A DNA stretch of 64,000 nt from the NCBI RefSeq assembly GCF_001194135.2, contig NC_068989.1:70762191-70826190 (forward strand). The letters are read 5' to 3'. Made by a program: the position numbers and the translations under genes. This document shows positions 38,284 to 52,149 of this stretch, in pieces. The notes beneath the pieces are model-generated. The model did not search any database. It had not been told where the DNA came from and saw nothing but the letters and a program-made list of their open reading frames with translations. This stretch comes from Octopus bimaculoides (lineage: Eukaryota). Each line of letters starts with the position of its first letter. Position 1 is the first letter of the stretch.

Positions 38284-39313
38284 CATATATATATATATAT
38301 ATATNNNNNNNNNNNNNNNNNNNNNNNNNNNNNNNNNNNNNNNNNNNNNNNNNNNNNNNNNNNNNNNNNNNNNNNNNNNNNNNNNNNNNNNNNNNNNNNN
38401 NNNNNNNNNNNNNNNNNNNNNNNNNNNNNNNNNNNNNNNNNNNNNNNNNNNNNNNNNNNNNNNNNNNNNNNNNNNNNNNNNNNNNNNNNNNNNNNNNNNN
38501 NNNNNNNNNNNNNNNNNNNNNNNNNNNNNNNNNNNNNNNNNNNNNNNNNNNNNNNNNNNNNNNNNNNNNNNNNNNNNNNNNNNNNNNNNNNNNNNNNNNN
38601 NNNNNNNNNNNNNNNNNNNNNNNNNNNNNNNNNNNNNNNNNNNNNNNNNNNNNNNNNNNNNNNNNNNNNNNNNNNNNNNNNNNNNNNNNNNNNNNNNNNN
38701 NNNNNNNNNNNNNNNNNNNNNNNNNNNNNNNNNNNNNNNNNNNNNNNNNNNNNNNNNNNNNNNNNNNNNNNNNNNNNNNNNNNNNNNNNNNNNNNNNNNN
38801 NNNNNNNNNNNNNNNNNNNNNNNNNNNNNNNNNNNNNNNNNNNNNNNNNNNNNNNNNNNNNNNNNNNNNNNNNNNNNNNNNNNNNNNNNNNNNNNNNNNN
38901 NNNNNNNNNNNNNNNNNNNNNNNNNNNNNNNNNNNNNNNNNNNNNNNNNNNNNNNNNNNNNNNNNNNNNNNNNNNNNNNNNNNNNNNNNNNNNNNNNNNN
39001 NNNNNNNNNNNNNNNNNNNNNNNNNNNNNNNNNNNNNNNNNNNNNNNNNNNNNNNNNNNNNNNNNNNNNNNNNNNNNNNNNNNNNNNNNNNNNNNNNNNN
39101 NNNNNNNNNNNNNNNNNNNNNNNNNNNNNNNNNNNNNNNNNNNNNNNTATATATATATATATATATATATATATTGCTCAATCTAAACTGTCCGACGAAT
39201 GGGAACCTGAAATTCTGAGCAGTATGTATGTATGTATGTAATACAGTCTACATACACCTGCACACGCAGGTTATTTGTCATTAAGTGCTGACTACCAGAT
39301 CTGCATGTGTGTG

Positions 39314-39370
<57 letters not shown>

Positions 39371-40729
39371 TGCTATATTTAGTCTCTGGATGAGGATATG
39401 CAACCAACCAACACTGCAGCTGAAGATAGTGAAACTTCCTTAGACACACACGTACACATATATACATATATTTATATATACAGGGATATACGTATATATT
39501 CTGCATACATAATACGCAAATATGTAGGCACAATCATCATCATCATCATTTAACGTCCACTTTCCATGCTGGCATGGGTCGGACGGTTTTGACAGGAGCT
39601 GGCTTGGCATAAGACTGCGCCATGCTTTGCTAAATGTAGGTGGACAGTAGGTTGAACAGTGTTTGTGGTAGGGTTATATTATAACTATGCTGTTTGTGTT
39701 ATGTTATATGAAATTTTATAACTAAATTTATTTAAATTTTCAGTGCTTTTGTTTTGTATTATTGTATACAATAAAATTTAATTATACATGTAATAATTGT
39801 TTATCAAAATTTAATTATATTATTATGTAATCTCGAAATAAATGTTATTTACTCTCCACCTACTTTTGATTTAGCCTGTATGTATGTGTGTGTGTGTATA
39901 TATATACACACACACACATGCTATAGCTATATATTTATATAGATTATATATGCACATACACTATGTATATATATCTACTATATATTATATAGATATGTAC
40001 AGACTACATGTATATTATTTATGTACTATATAATTATATATATATACAAGGCTGAGTTACTGAGTTATATATATACAAGGCCGAATTACTATATTATATA
40101 CAAGAGTTACTGAAATGCTTGCTTTGTAACCAGGTAATTTTAAATTTAGTTCTACTGCATAGCACCTTAAGTAAGTTCTTTTTATAGGCCTGGAGTGAGC
40201 AATGCATTGTTGAGTGTATTTAGCAGACAGTAAGTAACTATGTGGAAGCCTACATGTGTATACACACACGTGTCTATATCTGTCTGTCTCACTGCACCAC
40301 TTGACAACAGGTGTTATTTTGTTTACGTCCCTATAACTAAATGGTTTGGCAAAAAAGACTGACAGAATAAGTATCAAACTTTTAAAATATGTACTGTTGT
40401 CGAATTATTCAACTAAAACCCTTTAAAACTGTACAATGACTGGAACAAAACACAAAGATAAAAAAGCTTTTATATATATATATATAATCAATTCAATATA
40501 TAGATGTATATATATATATATAGTCAATAAACGAATAATAAAATTAAAGGACAAAAGGATGCACACAAGAAATGTATTAGCTTGACACTCCGTGAAAAGA
40601 TGTTTCGAGCATAGCTCTTCGTCGGAAAGGAGAAAGGGAAAAGTGCAAGGAAGGAAAAGAAATCAACAGTACATGTGTGGTTGCATTGTTAAAGTATATA
40701 AACATATACATTATAAATTTAGTTACAAT

Positions 40730-41590
40730 GTCCAATAGGAGAGACAACACTCATGGCCTTCAAAAGCCTTCCCAAGCCAATAAGACTGATTCTATTAATG
40801 TTCCTCTTGAGCCCTATCTATGAGTAGTGTAGGAATTCCAGAGGGTTGGCACTCAGGGATGGAAAAACTGGGCATAGTGTTTAGTGCAGTGTTTAGAGAG
40901 TTGTACATTAGAATCAGTGTCTTCTCAAGGCATGGGCACAGTGGGTAGTTGCCTAAGAGCCCCACTGATTTAGAGGACCCAGTTTTAATCTATGTATGTT
41001 GTGGCTTGTTTGTCATTGCATACTATAGGGCTCAGTGCATTGACTTTTGGGGGGGGGGGCTATAATGCTGTTCAGATGGCCCTGTGAGAAGGGTGACAAA
41101 GAGGAGGAGGGCACTGTAGGACATGAGCAACTGTGCGGAGGTGGCATTTGGTCAAGCAACTATGAGGAGCAGAGGCCTTATATGGTAAGCAGAAGAAAAG
41201 GCAGTGAGAGGAGACAGAATGCCTGTAGGGCAGGGGATGAAGCATGTGACTTCATGCCAGCTAATCAGAGCAAACCTTTCTTCTATGGCAGTTGTTCTCA
41301 AAGTGGGTAGTACTGCTTTCACCCCAGTGGGGCGGTGGAAAGAACCAGGAAGGGGGGGGATTGAAGGAAAGTGGGGTGATAATGAGGTGGCCAAAAGGGT
41401 TAATTAGATTAAGTTTTACCTGTGAAATATGGTTGTTTTGAATTAGCTGCAGAATACGGTCTATGTTTGTGGTAGTGAGTGGAGGGGTGGTGCTAGAAAT
41501 ATAACCTGTGGTTTCTGTGATGAATGAAGAACAGAAGCACCGTTCTAGACATGAGAGTACTACATCATGGATTCTCAACTAAGTTCTGCA
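40730..41590 (-). mobile_element. CR1/L2-like LINE fragments (3' end 40730-40910; probable EN/linker 41085-41590) separated by a small MITE-like repeat
   Basis: TKHYAQFF..TLWNS..KRNINRISL at the 3' end; RFALISW motif in the upper piece; intervening 40915-41084 has imperfect cagtgtc / gatggccctg ends. Confidence 0.55.
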
Positions 41591-42519
41591 GAATATGAAT
41601 AATTGACAGGGGATGGAGTAACTGCTGCCCTGAAAGTGAAGGGCAGTCATTGCCATGTTAACCCTTTTGTTACCAATTTCTTATTGAAATACTTTGCTAC
41701 CTTTGTTTCAATCAATTTTGAAAATAAGGAACCCCTTAGCATTCAGATTATTCTGTCAAATATAATGCTTAGTCATCCAATAGCTGTAAGATTTTGATGG
41801 TGTGATTGTTTATTTTTAGATTGACATTGTAGGGTAGGTGTGAAAGACCAGATCTGGCTGGTTTGAACAGAAAAAAGGTAGAATATTTTGGCTGGATATG
41901 GCCAGTTTAAATGCTAAAGGGTTAATATGATAATATAGTTGTTAATAAGCTGGTGTTTATAACATAGATTAACATGAAAGTTATATTTTTTAAACCTGGT
42001 ATTTATTCTATCAGGGTCTTTTGCTGGACTGCTAAGTGATGAGGACATAAACAAACCAACACTTGCTGTTAAGCAGTGGTAGTTTGCTCATGTTAAGCTT
42101 GTATGACAGTGACTCTTGTTTAGAATCAACACAAGACATCAGAACAAGGAGACACAAACATACACACGTGTGTGTGTGTGTGTGTGTGTATGATATCAGA
42201 AAGAGCATCCAGCCATAGAAACCATGCCAAATCAGACTGGAACCTGTTGCAGCTCTCCAGCTTTCCAGCTCTGGTCAAACCGTCCAACCCATGCCAGCAA
42301 GGAAAACAGACATTAAATGATGATGATGATGGTGCATACATACAAGATGGGATTCTTTCAGTTTCTGTCTACTAAATCCACTCACAAAGTTTTGGTTGGC
42401 CATTATAGAAGACACTTGCTTATGGTGTCATGCAGTGGGACTGAACCTGGAACTATGTGGTTGGGAAACAAACTACTTAACCACGTAGTACCAGTGGCCA
42501 ATAAGACCCAACAACTGGT

Positions 42520-43500
42520 GTGATTTTGAAGGCTTTAGCTGAGTGTCGCTTGTAACTATAAGCGTTGTGTGGCATGATGTCTACTTCAGATGAGTAGCAA
42601 TTTTTTTCCTTCTTGCTGTTGAAAGAAACAAAAGTAGCAGAGCCATACTGGAGGACAGTTCCAAGGTTTCTGTTGATGCATTAAGTTTTTGTTTATCATG
42701 CAACATCTTCACAAGTGGGTAATAGCTAATGCATTACCAGCAAATATTAGAGAAAACTGAAAGGTAGTGTCGTCTGTGCAGGAGTAGATGTCGTTGGATA
42801 TGGCAGCAAGCAAGTCATTGATGTATAAAAGGGAGAGAGGTGGGGAAAGGTAAGGGGCAAAACCAAACATTGGGACCACACCATTAGAGATAGAAAAAGC
42901 TTCATCATGACATGCAGTAGTAGTGTAATCTAACTGGAAGCTAATGAACTAAAAGATGACAATGCCAAAGTCAGGAAATTTCAAAATGAGAGATTAGTAT
43001 AGCAGACACAGTTGGAAGCGTTGATGCTAGGTAAGACCCTACAAGCAGGCGACACCAGAGAGTATGATATCATTGGATCTGGCTTTACTGAAGTTGTATT
43101 GGTAGTCATTAAGGAGAGAGAGAATTGGCAGAACTGTTAGTATGCTGATCAGAGCACTTAATATCACTTCGCTTGTCTTTATGTTCTGAGTTCAAATTCC
43201 ACCAAAGTTAACTTTGTTTTTCATTTTCCAGGGTCAATAAAATAAGTATTAAGTATCAGTCAAGTACCAGGGACAATGTAATCAACTTCTCCCTCTCCTC
43301 AAAAATGGCTGGCACTGTGCTAAAATATGAAACCATTATGGAGAGAGAGAGAGATTCAAAGTATTGGAAATCATCATTGTTAATGGCTGTCTCCATTAAC
43401 TCAGAGACATTAGAAGTGAGTGTGACTGGATGATAGTTGTGGGGTTCAGAGAAGTTGCTATCTTTGGGTGAGAGGACACTATGTAGTATGTTTTCAGAAA
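42520..43500 (-). mobile_element. CR1/L2-like LINE RT relic split by a family B SINE at about 43120-43340
   Basis: PKDSNFSEPHNYHPVTLTSNVSELMETAIN..YFES [SINE] LLNDYQYNFSKARS..NGVVP..SPPLSLLYINDLLAAISNDIYSCTDD; these are RT domain motifs including a YADD equivalent. Confidence 0.85.
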
Positions 43501-43834
43501 TCATGATAGATCACTGTCGAGAGGGAGAAACTGACCAGTTTGATAAATATAAGGGCTAGTTTTGGAGGCACAATGTTTGAGCATAATAGAAGGGATATTG
43601 TATACAACACCCACCCACATAAATGTGTGTGTGTTAGCATGTATGTATATCATTATCATCATCACCGTTTAACGTCCGCTTTCCATGCTAGCATGGGTTG
43701 GACGATTTGACTGAGGACGGGTGAACCAGATGGCTACACCAGGCTCCAATCTGATTTGGCAGAGTTTCTACAGCTGGATGCCCTTCCTAATGCCAACCAC
43801 TCCGAGAGTGTAGTGGGTGCTTTTACATATAAAG

Positions 43835-44170
43835 CACATGACTCGGTAATTAGAGCGTCGGGCTCGCAATCATGAGGTAGTGAGTTTGATTCCCAAACCG
43901 GATTGGGCTGTATGTTTTTGTGCTGGAGCAAGTCACTGTATTTCACATTGCTCCAATTACTCAGCTGCAGGAATGAGTTGCAATGTCACTGGTGCCAAGC
44001 TGTATTGGTCTTTGCCTTTCCCTCAAACAACATCAGTGGTGTGAAGACGGGGGGGGGGCTGGTATGCATGGGCGACTGCTGGTCTTCTACATAATCTTGC
44101 CTGGACTTGTGCCTTGTAGCGGAACTTTCTAAGTGCAATTCCATGGTCATTCGTGACCAAAGGGAGTCTT
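43835..44170 (+). mobile_element. tRNA-headed CORE-like SINE with a third 3' module
   Basis: gactcggtaattagagcg..gagtttgattccc..gagcaagtcac..ttgctccaattactcagctg. A 5'-truncated relative lies at 3960-4060. Confidence 0.75.
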
Positions 44171-44597
44171 TATATCTTGTATGTATGCAAATGTGAATGT
44201 ATATTCTTGCCTTGATGTCACATGATGGTTGTAAACGAATCTCACTATCATGTAAGCAGTGTCTGTCATTTCCAATCTTCAGTGAACACATGTCAGGCCA
44301 TGGAGAAATACTACTTTACTTGGAAATGGGGAAAATTTGGTGATGGGAACGGCATCCAACCATAGAAAATCTGTCTCAAGAAATTCCGTCCAGCCTATGT
44401 GAGCACCGAAAAGTAGATGTTAAAATGATGTGGATAATACACACATCTGGTTCCAAACACTTTCTTTCTACCAAAAAACTTAGACTTTGGTTGGTGCCCA
44501 GACATATAGTAGAAGATACTTTCGCAAGTTGTCGCACAATAGGACTGAACCCCAAACCACACAGACAGGAAGCAAGCTTCTTAACCACTCAGTCACA

Positions 44598-44657
<60 letters not shown>

Positions 44658-45116
44658 TCCTTGCCTGGATGTTGTGCAATGGTTGCAAATGAATATTACC
44701 ATCATATGAGCAATGTTATTTTTTTCCCCAGTTTGCCATGGAAACATGTCTGGTCATGGAGAAATATTACCTTGGATGGGAAAAGGTGAGTGTTGGTGAC
44801 AGGAAGGGCATCCAGCTGAATAAGATCTGCCTCAAACTATTCCATGTGACCCATGTAAGCATGGAAAAGTAGATGTTAAAGATGATAAATATATATGTAA
44901 CCATATAATATATATATGTAGTATACATATGTTATATGCATGTATAGGTATACGTATATGTATATATATACATTATATATATCTAAATATATTTATGTTG
45001 CTCAAATACATATTATTGCCACAAAGATATCTCTCTTAGCTAATTTTCATTTATGCAAATCACTGATTCCAGAAATGTGTTGTACTCTTTTGTATATGTT
45101 TACAGGAGAAAAGATA

Positions 45117-45174
45117 GGACAACTGCTACACTGATGATGCCTAATAAGGCAGAAACACATGCTTACAGTTGTCC
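45117..45174 (+). ncRNA. Decayed type I hammerhead ribozyme motif
   Basis: CTGATGA TGCCT aata AGGCA GAAAC, enclosed by a 9-bp stem GGACAACTG/CAGTTGTCC; the cleavage triplet is degenerate. Confidence 0.5.
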
Positions 45175-46744
45175 TCTCATCTACAGACCATCTATCACAC
45201 AGTCTTTTCTTTAATGGCATATCAAATTTTGTAGAATTCTTGATCTTTGAGATTATCTCCCTTTCTTACTTAGGTCTCAAATACCATTAAGTGATTGGTC
45301 TTTCTCTCTAGAAGCAAAGATAATTTTTAAAAATCAAAAATCTATCTTCTATGATAATATACCTTTCTTCATCTTTGTTACATGACTTATTTACTGATAA
45401 ATTTCTTATATATACAAATATTTGTTTTTACATCTGCTTTTCCATGTCGGCATGGATGAAATGAATACATTATTGAAGCATTTTTTTTTTTTCACAGCCA
45501 GATGATCTTCCTTTCCTTATCACTAACCTTCACCCATTTCCAACAAGCTAATATTTCCCCAAAGCCAGATACAAAATGTCAAGACAGATTCAGCTTCTGT
45601 CTATCAAATATATCCATTCACAAGGTTTTGGTCAGCTCAGGGTTATAGTAGAAGACACTTGCACAAGGTGCTGTCCTGTGGGTCTGAATCTAAAACTATT
45701 TGGTTGAGAAGCAAAGTCCTTAACATACAGTCATGCCTGGAACTCTTAAATATGTGTATGTGAATCATATTACACATATACTGTTAAATATACATAATAT
45801 ATACATCATTATATATTGCATATACATACATAGACCAAATGTATGTCTGTGTATCCTTTATATAATACATATGTGGATATACACAACATACAAGTATATT
45901 AAATATATATGTAATATATACTTAATATATACATCATACATATGTACACACACACATGTATAAACATACACACACATATACATACATACATTCACATATA
46001 CATACATACACACATATACATACACACATATATACATACATACGCACACACATATACATACACACATCTATACATGCACATATATACACATGAATATACA
46101 CACACACACACCAGATTGAAGAAAATAGGAAGGTCTCTCAGATGATTTTTGTGTGTTCTCTGAATAAGACAAATATAAATGAAGAGGTTCAAAAAAAATA
46201 ATAGGAACTTGTATTGATACTTTTTTTGAAAAACCCTATTGTCATTGCCCATCCATCCCCGAAGGTCGTATCTTGAGCCGACAAAGCAGCAATAACGTCC
46301 TGGCCCTACAGGGCTCCGAGTTCAATCCGAGCCGAAAGCGAGAGCTCTCCAGGCGTTCAGTTTCAACGAGAAACTAAAAACATCAGTGATATTACAGTGA
46401 TCAATTCTCGATTCAATCGACTTCAGTACACCTCCCTGACAAGTGTGTGGCCTTGTACCAAAGTGAGAAATCAATATTTATCATTTACACAATATATCAC
46501 AGTAAAGCAACCAGTTAGACACACACACACAACCATTAGTCTTAATGAGAGAACTTGCTAACAGTGAGCTTGCATATATAGGTTGTTTATTTTTGCGGTT
46601 CTCCATCTACATACATATCGAATATACACAAACAGACGCACATCATGTTTGCATACACCCATAAATGAATAAGTATCAAACACATATATCTCTTTAATTA
46701 ATTACCTCTAATCAAAAACACATGATATACATACCCAAAAGATA

Positions 46745-46794
<50 letters not shown>

Positions 46795-47451
46795 ATTTAA
46801 TGTACAATACATGGATTTATATATTATTTTTGCATAATGTTGGCTGCTAAATAGACGCCAGCCTATGGATATCAACTGGTGAAATAAATATATTCACCTC
46901 ATACCTCCTGACTTTCTTTCTCATCTATAAACACGCACGCACGGACGTATGCATGTATGTATAGGTGCACCCGTTAACATATCCATATTAACATACATTA
47001 AATATGACATATATTAAAAATATACACACAAAGTTCACACGACTGACAACTTTGTAGAAGTGCGTGTACATATATACCCCCCCCCCCACACAAATATATG
47101 TGTGTGTATAATATGTACATATACACGCGTGCGCGCGCAAATACACACAAGACCACACTCATACGTATACATATAAAATAAGGGCACAACAAACACACAT
47201 AAGAACACAAAACACAGGCACATAAATAAGCACACAGTTTCTTTGAGTGGCCTGCAATATTTTTGATATTTTCTTGGTAGATAGGTATTTTACCGAGGCA
47301 AGAATTTGCAATCAGAACTTCACTCCAATAATGGACTGAACTGGAAAGGAACTAAGCAAAACAGCAGAAGATTCGAGCACTTTGAGTATGAGGGAACAAG
47401 AAGGAAAAAAAACCACCAGTATGAATATAGCACCAACATTAAATGACACTA

Positions 47452-47505
<54 letters not shown>

Positions 47506-49997
47506 GCACGCACACACACACACACAAAGACCAGGACCAAATAGATCTTGCTGAGCTACAAATACATATATTAATTGGCAGATATGTCTAAGGTTGAATG
47601 CATAGAATTAAAAACATGACCAGAATTAAGAGAGATAATAGAGCGCAATGTCACGGGAATGTAGATAGAATAGACTTTGTGGGAAGAAGAATAGTTCCTT
47701 TACTGATCTGATACCATTTTTGGTACAGGACACATGAGAAGATAAGAGATATATCATGTAAGATTTTTAAAAAAATATTATTTATTTATTGTAAACCTGA
47801 CATAATACTGTGCTGTTGCTGTGTTTTTTGTTTCTAATTCTATATTTTAATTTATTTTAATTTTATATGGAGTATTTGTTTTGCTGAAATTAAGGACAAT
47901 TCATTAAAGTAGGTAAGGTAAAGCATAGATCACACAAGCGGGTTTGTGAAAAAAAAAGCAGGTTTTACATATATGTGTGTGTGTGTGTCTTTGTACGTGC
48001 GCGCGTGTGTGTATATGTACGGGGTGGGGTGCTGATGTTTATGTTTGTATGTAAATATATAGAAATATAATTGAAAGAAAACAATTATATAGATTTAAGA
48101 AATTTCTTCAAATTAATTTGATGGATAAATAATGATAAAAGAATATATGATAAAAGAATATATATCATCTGTTCTGTGTATATTATGCAAGTGCTTAACA
48201 TACACAATACACTTTACACAGAGTGAGGTGGGAAAGGGGTATTTTCTTTTCTCTCTGTAAGTCCCTAAGTCAACCCCAATCGAGTTAGACTTATCACCAA
48301 AAGGTATTTCTTCTTTTTCAAGTTAATGGTCAGCGTGGTTTGAGAGAGAGAGAAAGAGAGGGAGAGATTTGGCTGCTTATTTCAGTAGGTCTGCCCTATC
48401 ACGTAGAAATATGCGATGTGTGTGTGTGTCTATTTATCCTCTCCTTATACTCTAGAAACGAAAGGCAGGAGACCTTTGCCTTTAGAGTGTGTCTGTCTGT
48501 CATGTCAACAAAGACTGAACTAGTAACAGTGTAATAATATAATAATGAATATTTCACATCCAACAAACTGGGGGACCCTGCTTATAGCAACGTGTCAAAT
48601 TCCAGTTGAAGGGCCGTGTCATAAAAGGGAAATATTAAAAGTGTTTGACTATATATCTTAAAAGTCAGTGCTTTAAAGAAATTAACAAATAAATTAAAAA
48701 AAAAAAAAACATAGGTCAAGAATGATCGAGCAAGACCTATGATCGAAGCCGTTCCAGCCACGACTTAACGTCTTTCAATCAGTCAAACAGCGCGTCTAAA
48801 GGTATCATTTATCAGAGGTGTCCTATATTTTTTGGGTTAAAGACAGTAGGGTGCGATTTGAGGGAGTTTTGGCTGTGTAGGTCGAGACAACGGAGGGGGG
48901 GGGAGCACCCCCTCGTTATCATGGTGCTAGAAAGTACTAAACTGATAGTGAGTGGGTAGTCAGATGGATGGATTGATGTTAGGTAGATAAATTGAGCGAG
49001 TGGATGCTAGGTAGATAGACAGAAAAACAGGCAGGGTTCGAAGAGAAAGTGCTAGATAGAAATCTAGATAAAGTGTGTGTGTATTATATATATATATATA
49101 TATATATATGCAGAGAGCGAGAAGGAAATACAGAAAAGAGAAAGCTGATTAAATAGACTGAACGTTAGAGATAGCTGACGGGAAAGGGTACTATTGTAGA
49201 ATAATGGGTACCTATATAATAGTAGTAATAAAGAAAATGAATATGACTATAGTTACGAAGAGACAGAGGACTAAACAGGGAGAGAAAACAATATAGCAGC
49301 TAGCTGAATGGACTGAATGTTAAATAGAGGGAGTGAAAGTGAGGGGTCCTGTTATAGTATACTGAAGGGGTACTATTATGTATACTATAATAGAAATGAA
49401 GGAAATGACTGTAAGTATAGTTATGGATAAGAGGGTTGAATAGGAAGAGACAGAGAGCTATAAGAAAGTATTGAAAAGAAAAGGACAGGGTATATGTGTG
49501 TGCATGCATGCATATATATATATAAATATATATAAGCACATTCGAGGAAGTGTATGCAACAGAAAGAGTAAATAGACAAGTAAATAGAAAAGAGGGGGGG
49601 GGAGAGATAGAGATAAACAAGGGGGAAAGAAGAAAAAAAGGGAGGAAAAAGTGAGAATGAAATACAGTGAAGAAGAAGACGAATAGAAAACGAACAAACA
49701 AACAAGGATATCAAGAAGATATATAGATAGAAGCAAAGGGTAATAGGGCAGAAATACTTTGGTCTCCCTACTTTGTTTCAAACCCCAAAATAAATATAAA
49801 CAGAGAAACAAATATTATATTTTGAATGGTAAATAAACCTTATAGGAGGATTAGATCGATAAAACGTGCCATTTGTAGTGGTGGACCTGTGATGAAGGAA
49901 AGATATACCTACACACACACACACACATATTTACACATAGACACACAATTTATATATACATATATTCACATGCATTCTTTTTTATAGATACGCGTCC

Positions 49998-50031
<34 letters not shown>

Positions 50032-51466
50032 GCACACACGTTTATATATATATATATATATATATTATAATGCACACNNNNNNNNNNNNNNNNNNNNNNN
50101 NNNNNNNNNNNNNNNNNNNNNNNNNNNNNNNNNNNNNNNNNNNNNNNNNNNNNNNNNNNNNNNNNNNNNNNNNNNNNNNNNNNNNNNNNNNNNNNNNNNN
50201 NNNNNNNNNNNNNNNNNNNNNNNNNNNNNNNNNNNNNNNNNNNNNNNNNNNNNNNNNNNNNNNNNNNNNNNNNNNNNNNNNNNNNNNNNNNNNNNNNNNN
50301 NNNNNNNNNNNNNNNNNNNNNNNNNNNNNNNNNNNNNNNNNNNNNNNNNNNNNNNNNNNNNNNNNNNNNNNNNNNNNNNNNNNNNNNNNNNNNNNNNNNN
50401 NNNNNNNNNNNNNNNNNNNNNNNNNNNNNNNNNNNNNNNNNNNNNNNNNNNNNNNNNNNNNNNNNNNNNNNNNNNNNNNNNNNNNNNNNNNNNNNNNNNN
50501 NNNNNNNNNNNNNNNNNNNNNNNNNNNNNNNNNNNNNNNNNNNNNNNNNNNNNNNNNNNNNNNNNNNNNNNNNNNNNNNNNNNNNNNNNNNNNNNNNNNN
50601 NNNNNNNNNNNNNNNNNNNNNNNNNNNNNNNNNNNNNNNNNNNNNNNNNNNNNNNNNNNNNNNNNNNNNNNNNNNNNNNNNNNNNNNNNNNNNNNNNNNN
50701 NNNNNNNNNNNNNNNNNNNNNNNNNNNNNNNNNNNNNNNNNNNNNNNNNNNNNNNNNNNNNNNNNNNNNTATATATATACGCATAAGCATGTAGATTGAT
50801 AGATACCACTTTAACACTTTTTATATACGTAAATTATGAACACGCATAAACATACCCACTCTCTCTCTTTCTCTCGCACACATTTATATATATAAGCATA
50901 AATACACATACATACATATAAGCATGAATACATATACACACATCATATATATACATACACATATATATATATATATAGTTTATATATATATAGACACACC
51001 AACGCGCATAACGTACACACACGCACATGTATGCTTGTTTATGTTGAGAGGGAGGGGGAGATGTTGGATGTGAAAAGGGGGAACGAAAAGAAAAATAAAT
51101 ATATATTACTGTAAATATAAATATAAATATCATTTACTTACTCTCATGTCGTTTATGATGGCTTGAAACAAGCCTCCCAGAGCACTGCAATCTTTTTCTA
51201 ACTTTGAATCCATTTTTGTTTTGTGGTGATGAACGATCGCAGGAGACGACAAAGCAAAATTTTAATAATATTACACGGCTAAAAAGGAGTGTGTAGAAAT
51301 TTCTTTTCTTTTCTTTTTTTTTCTTATTTTTAAATGCAAGCAAGATGGATTAGCAAGAGAAAGATATAGAAATAAAGAGAAATAGAGAGGGAGAGTGAGT
51401 GAGAGAGTGAGTGAGTGACTGATTGACTGACTGACTGACTGAGTGAGAGAGAGGAGAGGGACTGTT

Positions 51467-51499
<33 letters not shown>

Positions 51500-51514
51500 T
51501 TGTAGATCTACCTA

Positions 51515-51557
<43 letters not shown>

Positions 51558-52149
51558 GCGTGTATGTAAGTGTGTAGTATACGCGCGTGCGTGTTTTTTT
51601 CCCCCTTCTTTCTTTCTATCTGAAAGAGAAACGAAGGTGGGGTTGTATTGAAGGAAACTATTGGTGGGTGGACCTTGAAGGAAAATTTAAAAATAAAACA
51701 GAGATTCTCCTTTTTTTTTTTTAAATTTAAATTTAAAAAAAAAATATGGCACAAACAGGTATATATATATCAATAAAGTTATCCCAGGGCTTATACATAT
51801 ATGTATATATATATATATTTTATTATATTATATATACATAAGTTTGTTAATATATTTTTCGTTTTTTTTTGCTTCTTTTTGTGTTGTTTTCCTTCTTTTA
51901 TAGTAAATGTAATATCTTCTCTTCTCTTTCTCAAGGTGGTGTCATCATCATCATCGCCAAGAGAATTTTGGCTGCTGAAAGCTTGTTGTCGACATGTAGC
52001 CGCTGCCACTACTAGCAGTGGATGCTAGTACTACAACTAAGGATGATGGGATCGCTACTGCTACGGCTACCACCACTACTACTACGAATAATAACACTAT
52101 TGATACTAATACTTCAGCCGTTTATTATTATTATTACTGTGGCTTATAC

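Noticed and set aside
45085-45165. CICLQEK..NKAETH as a Penelope GIY-YIG C-terminus
   Set aside because: It requires frameshifts and overlaps the hammerhead stem-loop, which explains the sequence better.
47285-47446. Open plus-strand frame VFYRGKNLQSELHSNN..
   Set aside because: Short, no homology recognised, no supporting neighbouring exons.
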